A DNA stretch of 64,000 bases, from assembly GCA_951406725.2 (NCBI GenBank), contig OX597827.1, positions 39,184,001-39,248,000 of the forward strand, given 5' to 3'. The notes beneath the pieces are model-generated. The model was not told the origin of the DNA. It saw only the letters and a list, made by a program, of their open reading frames with translations, and did no database searches. Positions 24,610-39,195 of the stretch are shown here, piece by piece. Both the position numbers and the translations under genes were made by a program. Position 1 is the first letter of the stretch; every line of letters starts with the position of its first letter. The DNA is from Octopus vulgaris. Lineage: Eukaryota.

Positions 24610-25845
24610 TTAGGTTGGCAAGAAAGTAATTTTGTTTTTTGCAAAGAGTTTTTGGGAATAACTTTTCTTATGATTTTTTTTTCCCTTTTGACATTTGATA
24701 GCCATTACTTTTAGCTTACTTTAGAAACAAATTGCACATAATTTTGTTTACAGCTGTTAGTTCAGTGTCAATTTTAACACGGAGTGCAAAAATGAACATT
24801 TTTGCTATATTTTGCTTTTTTATTACTGTAAAGACAAGAAAGCTGCTGAGGTTCACAAAGAGATATGTGAAGTTTATAGTGTTGATTGCTTAACAGAACA
24901 CACATGTCAGAAATGATTTGAAAAATTACGTTCTGAAGATTTTTCACTCAAAGACAACCAGCATTCTGGTCGACCTACTGAAGTAAATGATGACCAAATC
25001 AAAACCATAATTGAATCTGATTGTGATATAATTGTGCGAGAGATTGTAGAGAAGTTAAATGTATCACAAACAACAATTGAAAATCACTTAAATTGTCTTG
25101 GACTCGTTAAGAAGCTTAATATTTGGATTCCACATAAATTGAAAGAGATTCACTTAACACAATGAATCAATATTTGCGATATGCATATCAAATGCAATGA
25201 AATCAACCTTTTTTGAAACGAACCATTACTGGTGATGAAACATGGATTGTCTACAATAACATCAATTGAAAACGATCAAACCATATCAAAAACTGCATTT
25301 TATCAAAAACATGGTCATGCTGTCAATTTGGTGAGATTATAAATGTGTTGTATATTTTGAGCTGGAACCAAACAATCAATGAAGATGTTTACTGTCAATA
25401 ACTAATGAAACTGGAGGAAGCAATGAAAGAAAAATGGCCAGCATTGGCAAATCATAAAGGAATTGTGTTCCACCATGGCAATGCTAGATCACTCACATCT
25501 TTGCTAACTTGTGAAAAAGTATTGGAGCTTCGTTGAGAAGTGATGTTACATCCACCATATAGTCCTGACCTTCACCCTCAGATTACCACTTATTTTGCAG
25601 TTTGCAAAATTCTTTGAATGGTAAAAATTACAATAATGATGATGATCTGAAATTGCATTTGATTCAGTTTTTGGCTGATAAGGACCAGAAGTTCTATGAG
25701 TGCAGAATCATGAAGTAGCCAGGAAGATGGCAAAGGTCATCAAAGAAAATGGAAACTATATAATTGATTAAAGTTCAATCTTTGTATGAAAAGAATGACT
25801 TTGATTTCACACTAAAAAACCAAAATTACTTTCTTGCCAACTCAA
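24610..25845 (+). mobile_element. Full-length inactive mariner transposon, mellifera-subfamily-like
   Basis: TA|TTAGGTTGGCAAGAAAGTAATTTTG ... CAAAATTACTTTCTTGCCAACTCAA|TA, 1236 bp. The broken transposase from about 24779 (ACG in place of ATG) contains ILLFYY..K.K.A, SGRP, WIPHKL, TGDETW, HGNARS, HPPYSPDL and DYHLF, with several stops and frameshifts. Confidence 0.93.
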
Positions 25846-26597
25846 TATATAAAACCAAAGGCTCAAAATGTGTGTTAGGTGGGGCTATGGAGGGTTGTGA
25901 TGACTGTCAGTGGAGGTGTTCTGGATTCTGACTCTTCACATAAGACAACCCCAGTTTATTACCAGATTAATTCCTTAACCAAGCTACAATACATAGGACT
26001 CAAAGGAATTTTTTCACTTTATGCAATAAGATATTCTGTCCTTTCTTTTGAAATTCATCTGCTTGCTGGCTACACTTTGTTCATGTCAAAAATCTCCTTA
26101 GCAGTTTTGTTTGCCATGCCAGTGGAGGACACAAATTCTATAGTAAAGATTCAATTCTTGAAAGCAAATAAAATACTGCAGATGGAAAATAGAGTCAATT
26201 TTGGTAAAGGGGTAATAAATGATTAATGAAATTTCTCTTCTGTCCTTTAAATCTGCCATTATATAAACAGAAAACTTATTCGATTCAGCATGATTTAGTG
26301 TATGTGGTCAATGTTTGAATGTATTTTGTACTCCCAACTATGACATCTAGAAATGTAGCCAGTATTCTAGCATTAAAAATCGTCACCATGCATAACTAGT
26401 TTAGAAAAGTAAAACAATAAAAATAAGAGAAAATAGGGAAAGTTGGCATTGGAAAATAATAATAAGTACAAAAAATATAACTTGTGTTTTATCCATCTGA
26501 GTTGTACAGATGCTTCATTGTTACTGTGGCTGTTGGAAAGCTGGTGAAAAGCTTGGTGGAAACCTTATAACCAACCACACTATTCACAAAATGCAGA

Positions 26598-27120
26598 CCG
26601 TAAATCCTCGAGTATAGTCTGCCCTTGAGTATAATACACAGGGGATTTTTAGGGGGCTGTACCTCTGAAAAACCTAAACTTTGTGTATAATATGCACCCC
26701 TTCTCTAACTTGAGTCAAAGAGGTCTATATAACGTCCTTGGTTTGTAAAACTGTATACGGTAACATCCTTTATTATTATTATTGGATATATAACATAATG
26801 CAAACGTGTTACTTTTTTGGGCATTTTGTCTGCAGAAAATAAAGAAATAACAGTAATAACAGCAATAACGTTTAACAAATGTTGCTTACTGCATGTTATG
26901 GATGATTCTTTTATGACTTCATTGCTTTCAGGCTTAGCTTAAGGTATTTTCGTGCCCGACATCACTACATGCGGCTGAATAAACATTGCCGGGGAGCAAA
27001 TAGAGACTCGGACATTGCTTAGAAAATAATTTTCATTTTTAACCCTGTATATTGTACGCACCAGGGATTTTAACCTTTAAATTTTGGGAATAAATGCGGA
27101 TTATACTCGAGGATTTATGG
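26598..27120. mobile_element. Tc1/mariner-superfamily (Tc2/pogo-like) non-autonomous element, 523 bp
   Basis: TIRs CCGTAAATCCTCGAGTATAGTC and GATTATACTCGAGGATTTATGG|TA. Confidence 0.8.
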
Positions 27121-30100
27121 TATGTATAAAAGAAAACAAAAACTAAGAAATACTTCTTGAATCCTTACTGTCAATAACCATTTTATGATAAAAACATAAT
27201 CATAAACTAAAACAATTAACAATTTCACTGGAGAAGTGCCTTAGTAGAGGCTACAACATTTATTTGGATGTGGATTGCTACAGAATCATAGGTTTGTTGT
27301 TACATTTCATAATTCAATGAAGTTTCCTGAACTTTAGACAGGTACTATGTAAAAGACAAAGCAAAGTGGCTGCCATTGCACCTTGAGTTTGTTTTAAATA
27401 GCTTTATAATGTTATTGGGTGTTTTGTTAGCTTATAGGGCTGAATTTAAATCCTACTAGTGGAATATATAAAGGTGGGAGTCCTCAGCAGAAGTGCAACA
27501 TGGGCAAAGTGACAGGTGTCATTGCTGTGGGCACAAAATTTCAAAAGGGGTAAGTGGTTTAATACTGGATTGCTGGGCTCATGGAGTGCTAATGTTTCAT
27601 AGATCAAGGGTCAATAGTTGCCTTGCCCCAAGTGCTGGCAACCCATACTATACCATCAAGTTTCAGTGATGAGCCAACAACTTACTGGATTACCAAACTC
27701 AACATAAACCTTCATTTACTACTGATGTCTGTACAGCATTTTCAAGGAATAATTCATTGTATTGGCTTCTAGTTACATACTTCAAGCCAAGAAAGAGACT
27801 TTATTTCAGCATTATAAGCTAACAAAACAACTATAAGTTATACTACTGAAAATGACAGGATGGTTATGTCTGGAATGTCTTTGATCAGTGCTTTATTCAT
27901 TGAGAGCTGAACTGGAGCTAAACAACAAGAAGTTAATTACAAGCTAGGTGAACTGAGTCTATGGAAGTTGTGTCTTATCTGAGAACACAATACATTTGCA
28001 GGCTATGAACTGTTGAAATCTTAACTAGGAACCCATTTGATGCCAGCACATCTTGTCAATTCAGCCTTCAATAGTTTTCTTACTTGCAGATAATGTTTAC
28101 CAATTTTCCTTTTCTTTTTGAGATATTCTTGGGACTATGTTTATAGTTGAAAGCATACCACAGTACAATCTATTTTATTGACTTTCATAATTTTTTCTTG
28201 ATAGTCTTTGATATTTCTCTTCTAGATCTGTCTATTGTAGTTGTTATTTTTGTTTAGCTACTGGTCAACACTACCTTGAATGGTCTTTTGATAAAAGGCT
28301 ACCTTGTATTTTTTTGAGACATAGTGTAGCTATGACTACATTATCCAATTTATTTCTTTTTAAAATTATAGAGTTTTAATTTGAAGGAGATTTGACTTCT
28401 ATTTCTGGTTCACGATCTGTCAATTTATACAAAGAGACAAGAAAATAATGAAATCTATATCTATAAAACAGTCCTTGGACAAAAATTGTATGCACATTTT
28501 GCTTTGACAGTTAATGGTGGCCAAACTGAAGCTAGGATCGAGCTGAAAATTGGCAGGGATACTAAATGCATGGTGAGGATGAGACCCGTGATGGTTAAAA
28601 TTCGCAAGCTATAAAGATGTGGTTGCTATGGCAAAAAGAGTGATTTTTTATCGATTCAAGGGGGCCCAGATTGGATTTTAATGCCCAGTGGCATGCACTG
28701 CAGGCTGCTGTGCTTAATAAACATACATTTTGTTGTGAAATTCCAGCTACTAGGAAATGATTTTTCATTGTGAAAAAAATGAGTGCTTCTTGCCCTCATT
28801 TTCTTTTTAATCTTTTTATAAAAGTGAAAGGATTTCGTCTATTTATTTCTGCTGTCCACTTACGACGGTGATTCAGTTGACTAGGAAAACTGTATGTGAT
28901 GAATATCCAATACCAAACTATCTTAATCTACATATTGAAACTGCATTAAACTTTGGCAAGCTTACCTTTACCTATTCTGAGTTACTTGAAAGGTGATGTT
29001 CCCTTCCCTCTCTTCTGATTGTTGATACCTTTTTTTTTTACCTTTGATACCGTTGTTTCACTTTAAGGATGCTTCTTTACCCAGCCATTATGATATTTTG
29101 ACTGCTGTCCATTGTTTCAAATAGGTTTTAGCATTGTCATTCTAGCCTTTTTTAAACACTCACATATGATTCATCCCAAAGAATCAACCTTTAAATAAGA
29201 GTTTTGCTTCCACTAGCAAAAGCTATATATATCTTTCAAGAAGCTCCATACCAATTTAACTTTATGCAGCATTCACTGTTTATGTGCATGCTAGATAAGT
29301 ATGCTGTTTTCATTAAAATAGACAATATGTAGGATGTCTGGGATGTTCATCTACTGCAGTGTGTGAATGTGTATGTGTACACACACACACACACACATCT
29401 ATATATCTATATCTATATATATATATGAGAGGTGCAGACATGGGTGTATGGTTAAGAAGTTCTCTTTCTGGCCCTGTATGTTTGGATCCAGTCTTACTGT
29501 GCAGAAATATTTCTATGATAATCCTGGCCTGACCAAAGCCATGTGAGTGAATTTGGTAAATGGAAAGTGAAATCTGCATGTTGTGGAATCATATATGTAT
29601 TCATAGTGTGTGTGTGTTTTACATTTGAATTCTACAAAGATGCTTACTATCTCACTATGAGTGGTGGTGTTATATTGTCACTTCTCCTCTCAATATATCA
29701 TCAACTTACTTCACACCTTCAAAGACATGTGAAATAAAAGATTCCATTCTTGAAAAACAGTTAACAGTTAGCCAGAGGAAGGGCACTAAGCTGTTCAACA
29801 CTCCCAGTATGTCTGTTTAACCTATGCTAGCATAGGTTAGATAAATATATTGAAACAGATATAAGGTAAATGAACGAAAATGAAAATGTACATGGGAATT
29901 TTAGTGATAACAAAATATTTTTTGAAGTTTCTGTAATTTCCCCTGTACTGTTTGGATGATTAAAGGAGAGAGGAATTACTATAGTCAACTTTGGGAATCA
30001 TAAAAGAGTTGACAAAAACTTTGATTTAATCAATGATAAGGAATTTTCTGACTTTTGTTATGCTATGTAAAGCAAAGTAAGAGTGACTGACCAGGTGGTT

Positions 30101-30351
30101 GATGTGTTGACTATAAATCATGTATTATTTAATACCAAACTGTTTTTTCTTTTTTCAGAGGTAGACATATTTGTGTCATTAAGATGGATGCTCTCAGTAA
30201 CGAGTTTGCCAATTTCTTTAGATGGAAAACAATGATTTCTGATTTTGTAGCATTTACTTTGAAGAAGCGGTTATTCATACATTTGTTGGAATTGTCTACA
30301 ATAGCTAGTAGATCTAGTTTAAGTCTATATGATTGAAGTAAGATATAGACT

Positions 30352-30590
30352 TATGGCATAGTGGTTAAGAGTGCAGGCTACTAATCCCAAGATTCTGAGT
30401 TCGATTCCAGGCAGTGACCTTAATAATAATAATGATAATAATAATAATAATAGCATTGAAAAATACCTTAGGAATGAGAACCTAGGTTCGAAATTTCCTC
30501 AAGACACCTTATGAAGGCTGGAGGGTATATCAGCCGAAACGTGTTAACAACAAACAAGATGAGGACAAATATCTGTCAAATGTAAATAAT
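30352..30590 (+). mobile_element. tRNA-headed SINE with hammerhead-derived tail (copy 2)
   Basis: A box TGGCATAGTGG, B box GTTCGATTCC, (AAT)n, then GACAC-CTTATGA-AGGCTG..CAGCC-GAAAC. A 14-bp TSD gtaagatatagact lies at 30338-30351 and 30591-30604. Confidence 0.8.
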
Positions 30591-31403
30591 GTAAGATATA
30601 GACTATCTTGTAGATATGATGATCATCAAACAGCAATGTGAACTGAAAATATTATTGATGTAAGTTGTGAAATGGAGGATGTAAACATGTTGAATAGGAC
30701 AGGACCTAGTACTGAGCCTTGGTATACTCTGTATTTTACAGCTATGAATTTACTCAATTAACTACTGTATTTGATGGCATATAAGACACACTTTCTTTTC
30801 CAAAAATATGTCTAAAACAAAAACCACCTTAGGTCCTGTACATAAAGTTGGGTCTGTATTACATGTTTTAATGCTCTGCTTTAGTGCCCTATAACCATTT
30901 CTTCCTGAATATGCACTGCTGAAATTGGAGTGAATCAAATATCACCTCGATTCTCTTATGTCATCAAACATGGCACTAATGCTTGTATATATGTTTTTAT
31001 ATAGGAAGTGATCCAAATGACTTGAATTGGTCATTATCTACCATATTAAGTGTTGTTCTAGATGTTCTTATGGTCATTCTGGTGAAGGTTATTTGTAAAT
31101 CTCACAGCTATGTCCACTCTTGTATTCTGGTAGTGTTGGAGAATGCAAGTTGTCATGTGCAAGGTGATCAAGGTGTTGAAGTCATTATTTCCAATGAGCT
31201 TGATCCTAATGGAAACACAAGAGGTTGGTTGATACTTAGAAAGAATTCTAGGACCAAGAATGTTTTTTTCATTGTTTAGTTGGAGGAGGAGATTCCATAT
31301 TTATGATCATTGCAGATGGTAGGTATGTTGGTTGGCTTTACCAGACCTTCCTATGAGTTGCTTATAAGAATACAGTAATAGTATGAGGTTACAGAATCAA
31401 AAG

Positions 31404-31406
<3 letters not shown>

Positions 31407-31495
<89 letters not shown>
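31407..31495. repeat. (AG)n microsatellite, about 44 units
   Basis: Perfect dinucleotide run. Confidence 0.95.
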
Positions 31496-31498
<3 letters not shown>

Positions 31499-31549
31499 TG
31501 ATGAGGAAAAATCTTGTTTGTGGATGATTTTAACTCTAAGAAAACATTC

Positions 31550-31728
31550 TTTTACTCTTTTACTTGTTTCAGTCATTTGACTGTGGCCATGCTGGAGTAC
31601 CGCCTTTGTAAGCCTAGTACTTATTCTATTGGTCTCTTTTGCCGAACCACTAAATTATGGGGACGTAAACACACCAGCATCAGTTGTCAAGCGATGTTGG
31701 GGTGACAAACACAGACACACTAACACAT

Positions 31729-31763
<35 letters not shown>

Positions 31764-31935
31764 CATATATACGACAGGCTTCTTTCAGTTTCCATCTACC
31801 AAATCCACTCACAAGGCTTTGGCTGGCCTGAGGCTATAGTTGAAGATACTTTCCCAAGGTGCTACGCAGAGGTACTGAACCTGGAACCATGTAGTTCATA
31901 AGCAAGCTACTTACCACACAGCCACTCTTATGCCT
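31550..31935 (-). mobile_element. Major tRNA-SINE copy
   Basis: Reverse complement of 18971-19371 with an internal deletion. Confidence 0.8.
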
Positions 31936-32029
31936 ATTAAAAAAAATTCTTGATAATTTGTTAGCAGTAAGGTTTATTATAGAAATATAATCGGAGATAG
32001 TTTTATCTTTGTCTTTCTTTGTTATTGTC

Positions 32030-32520
32030 TATTCCCATCCTGAGGGCCAAGGATCATGGACACCTTCACCATCTCACTCCACTGGCTTTTGTCTCTAGCC
32101 ATGGTTGTGCATTCAGCCAGAGGTCTTATGGTACATTCTTTGATATTGTCCAGCCAGGTGCCTTTTCAGTCTCCCCCTGCCTCATTTCCCATTGACTCTT
32201 CCCTCTAGGATGTGAGTGCTGAAGTTTTCGGCCCTGATGATATAGCCAAAATATTGCAACTTTCTCTTCTTTTTCCCATTTCCTCAAATACTGACCTGTT
32301 TATTTGTTGGTCAGTTCAGCTGATCCTGTGTACTCTCCAGTAGCATGTTGTTTCAAATGCTTGAGTTTACAGTGCAACAGGTCAAATCAGTGTATTCAAG
32401 AGATTTAATTTGATGTTCTTGTTTAGAGCTCTGTCTTTCCAGATGTATCGAATGATATTAATGTTGAGTGTATTACACTGAGTCATGCTCTTATTTCATA
32501 TCCTCCATCTCCTGATTGTT
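32030..32520 (-). mobile_element. RTE-clade LINE 3' fragment, degenerate
   Basis: Minus-strand translations AFETTCYWRVHRIS and RKLQYFGYIIRAENFSTHILEGRVNGK*GRGR match the typical RTE C-terminus. Confidence 0.75.
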
Positions 32521-33558
32521 CTATAACAGCTCCCATACAGGAGATTAAAGGAACAAAAATTGGAGCAAACAGCATTATTTTTTATCTTAATAATATGAGA
32601 TTTTCTTAACTTATTGGTAAAAGCATATACTTACACGATGGATATATAATACACTTTGCTTCCTTCTTTCAAATATTTTATTGCAAAAACATAAAAAATT
32701 TCTTTATGGAATTTTGAACAATTTTCAATTTTCATTGTGAAATAGGTTTTTTTTTAGCATCTATCTTAGAGATCAGAATTCAACAAGTCTCTTCAGTTAA
32801 GATATTTTTTCAAACATCTACATCCAATTTTTAAAAGTTCTCTCTCCTTCTCACAATTATTACCTCTATTATTTCACCAACAGTCCAGTGAGAAGTTTTG
32901 TAAAACTGGTCTATATGTCTTTACTTAAAGCCTTCACTCTTTATGGGGCTAAGCCACTGTTGACGTTTCTTTACTGTTCTTCACTCTCAGTTATCTTTTC
33001 TTGAGAGGAAGCCTTCCTATCCCAGCTCTTGTTGGTTTTGAATTATCATTGATACTTTTGTAATATTGCTTTTTTTCTTGGTAAGGGTGTTGGCCATCCA
33101 CAAACCCATTTTTACCTCTGGGAAGAGGTGAGCCATATTAGTCTGGCTTCTATCTTTTGTTCTTTCAAGCATGGGAGGTCCTACTAGGACCTTGTGTTCT
33201 GCTGGCATAGTTCTCAGGGTCATTGAGGCTCACAACCATCCTTCTGCATAAAAGACTATCTTTAGGGTATTATCAAATACATCATAACAGAAACTCATAA
33301 TGAAAGAGAAATTATGAAAAAACCTTAAGTTAATGGTTTTTTTCAAAAGGTTCAATATAATATTCAAAATACTTGATTAGTCTTTCATATTCATTTAGTT
33401 TTGAGAAACGGTGAGGATTTCTGTATCTTTTACTTATTCCAGTTATTAGTCTGTGACCATACAGGAGTATCACCTTGAAGGGTTTAGCTGATCAAATTGA
33501 CCCTAGGACTTATGTTTTTTAAAGCCTGGTATTCATTGTATCAGTAAGCAGTCACACA

Positions 33559-33873
33559 GTGGAGGTGCAATGGCCCAGTGGTTAGGGCAGCAGACTCGTG
33601 GTCAGAGGATCGCAGTTTCAATTTTCAGACCGGGTGTTGTGTGTGTTTATTGAGTGAAAACACCTAAAAGCTCCCCGAGGCTCCGGCAGGGGGTGGTGGT
33701 GACCCTTGTTGTACTCTTTTGCCACAACTTTCTCTCACTCTCTCTTCCTGTTTCATGAGTAACGCTGCAATGGACTGGCATCCCGTCCAGCTGGGGGGAA
33801 CATGTACGCCACAGAAACCGGGAAACCGGGCCCATGAGCCTGGCTAGGCTTGAAAAGGGCAACGTTTATCATT
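33559..33873 (+). mobile_element. tRNA(Arg)-like SINE with a V-domain-like segment, nested in an older SINE
   Basis: Head ggaggtgcaatggcccagtggttagggcagcagactcg; segment ctgcaatggactggcatcccgtccag; 14-bp TSD taagcagtcacaca at 33545-33558 and 33874-33887. Host SINE halves lie at about 33425-33545 and 33890-34080 (-). Confidence 0.8.
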
Positions 33874-34184
33874 TAAGCAGTCACACACATGCACATGTGC
33901 TCACATATATGGCAGGCTTCTTTTCAGTCTACCAAATCCACTAACAAAGCTTTGGTTATCTTAGGGCTATAGTAGAAAACACTTGCTCAAGGTAAACTAA
34001 ATTTGAGCTGAACTAAACTGGGACTGAATCTGGAACCATGTGGTTGAGAAGCAAACTTCTTGCCACTCAGCCATACATGCAGCTTTTCAGAGAAAATCTA
34101 ATTAGCCAAAAAAAAAGAAAAAAAAAAAAGGAATAAATGTGAAATACAAGGATATAATGAGTGCAAGGAATAACTAAAATAACC

Positions 34185-34248
34185 AAGAAAAAACAAAAAC
34201 ACAAAAAAACAACAGAAATCTTATAAGTACACTGCAAAAATATTTATT
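34185..34248 (-). terminator. Candidate polyadenylation site of the minus-strand giant-exon gene
   Basis: AATAAA at 34248-34243 (minus strand), followed about 30 nt downstream by a GU/U-rich tract ttctgttgtttttttgtgtttttgtttttt. Confidence 0.45.
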
Positions 34249-34570
34249 ACTGTAGCAATTGTTGACATGTGCTAAGCATAATCCTTGATGGAGAAGGAGT
34301 GTGACATGGCAAATATTCAGCAAAAATTGGTCATTTTAGCAGTAAAAATTGTAGCTTTAATCAGAAAATTGAAACAAAAGCCCAACAAGTATTGATATAG
34401 TTGTTTTATTTATTTAGTTTATTTTGTTTTGTTTTTCGTTTTCATGTCAGTCAATATACATAAAAACAATTCTACATAACACACACATACACATATATAA
34501 TGCATATATATACACATATATACATATTATATACATGTGTGTGTGTGTGTGTATATACATATATATATAT

Positions 34571-34602
<32 letters not shown>

Positions 34603-37600
34603 ATGTATAATATATATAATGTATATATACCTTTTTTATAAGTTTATCTTTTACCTCTAAGTTGTTAGGGGGAAACTTAATTATTCTTAATTAAGAAAAA
34701 AATGTTCAAAAACCTAATAGTATGTGCATGTCTGTGAGCTTCTGTGTGTATATGTGAGTATGTGTATATATGTATGTGTTGAGAGATAGATCCTATATAT
34801 TTAATAGAGAATTAATATGAGAAGTTGTGTAGGTCATTCCTTTTTCAAAGACATTATTGACGTTAGGGAAACAGATGGTCTTTCACTAAGAAACAGTATA
34901 TGAATCATGATGTTGGACTAGTGCGAGCTATGTGTTGTGTTCTTATGACTTGTGTGTATATGTATGTATGGTGAATACATATGCACACACACACACACAT
35001 ACACACACATATATAGTGACTAGACACATGAACCTTACAGGGTACATCTTAATTTGTCCAATACAGGTATTTATTCACTGAAAGAGCTCTAAAACTAGTT
35101 GGAAATTAAGTGGGGAATATATATATAATATAATTTTTGTAGCTGTTCACATATCACCTAACTTAATTGCACAGCTTTAACATTTGTCATTGCCAGATGT
35201 CTGCAGAAGGTAGTTTAAATTAAATCAAATACTCTATGTTTAGCATTAAACAAACAAATATAGTATATATTAACACTAACATACAGATTAAGAGTCTGTA
35301 GTAGGACGTTTTTGGTATTTGTTTGTTACTAATATTATAATTATTACTTTTCAATAAAGAAATCAAAATTTATTATTAAAAGTAAAGAAAAGATTATTAT
35401 TATTATTATTATTATTGATGTATTTTTTTTTCAAGGCTCAAATGGAACAGCAGTGCCAAATAGTTGGAGCATAATTTTTGACTTTTTGATAAATAGGTAG
35501 TTATATCACAGAAAGAATCATCAACAAGAATTTTTTAAAAGTTCCATGAGAATTTGTTTGCTAGGATATCTGTGTATGTGTGTGTGTGTTTGTGTATAAA
35601 CACATATATGTTGATATAAAGCACCAAGTTGAAAAACTAATTATATTATTAAAATTATTATTATGATTATCATTATAACTATATTCCACATATGTGTGTG
35701 TGTGTATGTGTGTATATATATATAAAATTAATTAATTTTTTAAAATAATAATTAGTATTTTAATTTATTTGGTAATTACCATTATTCATTTTCAAAGGAA
35801 TGAAACAACACTACTGAAATATAGCAGAGCAGATTCAAATACTGACGTATCTAACATAAAAAGAAATTAACAAATAATTAAGCCCTAACTGATTCAACCA
35901 TTAATTAGAAAGTTAATTTCGTTATTGTTTGTTGTTGTTATTTCCGTTGGCCTAGTTTCTTTTTTACTTGCCTATTGGTTTGTTTGTTTATTAGATTGTT
36001 GAAGTTTTTCTTTGTTATGTTTTGTATACATTCAAGAGGTTTTAATTTGAGAGAGTTGGCATATCTCAGTCTCAAGGTATTTTTTTATATGTTGACAAAA
36101 ATGTATTAATATGCTAAAAATAATTAAAAAAAAACAACTGATTTTTTTTGTCCCCTTTCCTTTTTAAACCTATCTGGCTTTAAAATAGTTAAAAGAATAT
36201 CTAATGGGGGTGGGGGCAGAAAGTAAGACATGATATAAACAGGAATGTGACATATGCAAAACCAAAGACTTAGTCTCTGGATTAGCAACAGTTATTGTTA
36301 CAAAATGTCCATATTTATGTCTAAATTGTCTCTTTTAATTTATGTCTATCTAGATTATCTCTTTTAGACAGCAAATAACATTTCTTTGGAGAAAAAAAAA
36401 TATATATACCAATATGTAAAAAAGTTATAATAACAACAGCAGTATTAACAAATTTTACATTTGAAAAATTAAGTATAAATCAGTTATAACAAAAAAAAAA
36501 GTATTTTACAAATTTTTCTTTTAGTTTTAATTTCTTTTTCAGAAATATTTAAAAAAATGTATCCATCCCAAAACCAAGTTTTTCATCATCATCATCATCA
36601 TCATTATTATAATTTATGTTCATTATTATTATTATTATTATTATCATTATTAAAGCATAGATTTATCACAGCAGTTATAAAAATTAGCTTACATTGTGTA
36701 CACGCATACGCACAAACACACTAATGCAATAAATGTTGATAAATATACATAGATACACAGACATAGTATACATAGTACGCACAGATACACAGCCACATGC
36801 TTACTCACACATACACATATAAATATATACATTATCCTGAAATACAGAAGAATTGCAGAAAATTTTCTCATCAATATAGTATTAACAGGGCCTAATTAAT
36901 TATTTGCTACTATGTCTATTTCAATTGAAGGTTGAATCTAGCTGAGAAGATAGGCTATTGTTCCGCCACTGACCAAAAAGCCAGTAGTTCAAATACTGCC
37001 ATGGACACTGTACAGTGCTCATGGTCAAATCACTTAACTGGTATTGATTCAGTTTACCTGGCTTATTAATAGATAACAGTCTATCTACTCTTAAATAGTA
37101 ATTAGATGTACCATTTATGATACAACTGATTGCAATAAATAGGTAAAATAAACAGTAGTATGGCTATATATAGTCCACCTAGGTGTAAATAGTTAACAAG
37201 ATGTGGTGTGACTTAGAATTGTAATTGGTCTAGGTACCACAAAGGACAAGTGCAGTACTGTACAGATTACAAGGAATTTATTAGTTAACTGCTGAGATCA
37301 ATTTGTCCCATGAGTAAGGTCTTGAGACAGCTGAGCCCTCCCATGGTTTCCCCCTAACCAGTCAATGTAACTATAATAGAATGAGAGAGATGGTGTTTTA
37401 GCAAAATTCAAACTGGATTAACAACTTTTTATTAGTTAATTAAGTGGTTGATTGATGGAGATATTGATTTACATTGTAAAAAAAGAACAAAGAAATATTT
37501 TTCTATTTAAAGAAAATTAACAAAATCTTTTAAAAATAGAATTAAATAGGTAAAAATATATATACTTGATTTGAAAAAAGAAAGAACCTAACTGTTAACA

Positions 37601-38039
37601 TATTTAATATTGAAATTTTAGATAATTCTTGTTTTTAACCTGGTGCTATGCATGGAAATGACACAATGTATGAATATTCCCATATGGACATAAATGGTTA
37701 AAAAACAACAGCAACAAAAAATTTTTTTCAAGCATGGCAGCAAGCTTTTGAAATCCAATGAAATCCAGTTAGAAAAATAAATATATATATAAAAAAAAAT
37801 ACACAGAGAGAAACTCGTGAAAACCAGCAACCTGGAATTGGTTTGCTGTTATGAAGGCTTCCATCAAAATTTGGATAAGCGCAGAGGTGGAAAAGATAAA
37901 AAAAAAAAATATAAATAAATCGCATATGTGACAGTAAGCCTTTTGCCACTTTTTGACTTCCACATGGTTCCCCTTTTATGATTTCAGTAACAGGCCGGAG
38001 AACCCTGTGTACTCACACATTGAGGGCAGTATGTATATA

Positions 38040-38096
<57 letters not shown>

Positions 38097-38677
38097 CTTT
38101 TATGGATATAATTTTGAGTTTTTCATGGGGAGCAGTTTTGGACCAACTAAGAGCTGGTATGTCAGATTTTGGTTGGGCCAAAACAAGCAATAACGACAAC
38201 AAAAGTCAACAGGAATTCATTAACACCAGAAGCTTGTGACATTGCTTAAAAATCAAGAGGTTTTGGAGGAGGGGGTTAACATAAGAAAAAGAGAATTAAA
38301 ATGTTTGCTCTCACAAAGGGACTATTAAAAAAATAAAAATTATTTGAAGAGTGGAGATTATAATGTAGCATACCAGAAATGAAAATGAAAGTCAGAAAAA
38401 ATCCAAAGTATTGGCATGATATGTTAAAAACAGTAGTAAAAATAAAGAAAGAGAAAATATTGGAAGAGATATGATGGGAATCTAAAATATTTAAAGAGAT
38501 TGTATAACATTATATATATATATGCACACACCATACACACACATGTCTTTTGAGGATGGCACATGACAACAAATAACAAAATTAAAATATGATTGAAATA
38601 CAGAAACTAAATCTAGGAGATGATGTAAGAGAAAAACACAACATTTTATCTAGAAAATGCATAGTAGATATCCAATT

Positions 38678-38735
<58 letters not shown>

Positions 38736-39149
38736 GGATTTCTAAAATAGGCACATGATCTCATATTATAGATGGGATGTGAAGTCAATTAAATAAAACT
38801 CAGTATTTTACCAAGGTATATTTTATTAATTTTTTTTTTTAACCACAAGGATGTAAAGCAAATTTGAGCTTGGCCTGATTTGAACTCTGAGCCTAACGAT
38901 ATTGTATTAATAATGGTTTTCAACATTGGTGCATGGCATTGTAGGCACTCTGTTATATCAACTTTGTTAGGTCTGATAGGCAAAGTTGATCTTCATGAGT
39001 TTTGAACTCAGAGCATAATTATTTCTAACATAGGTACAAATGCCATAAAGTCTGCTATTGATTAAATCAACCTCAGAGTTTATTCTGAGCTTTTCCTGCA
39101 TAACTAATCACAACTGTGCACATTGTATCCATGCAATATTTTGTAATGC

Positions 39150-39195
<46 letters not shown>

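Noticed and set aside
30354-30420. tRNA-like sequences here and at 2750-2817, 18971, 33561 and 43190-43270
   Set aside because: No complete cloverleaf or acceptor stem; they are SINE heads or decayed derivatives, not tRNA genes.
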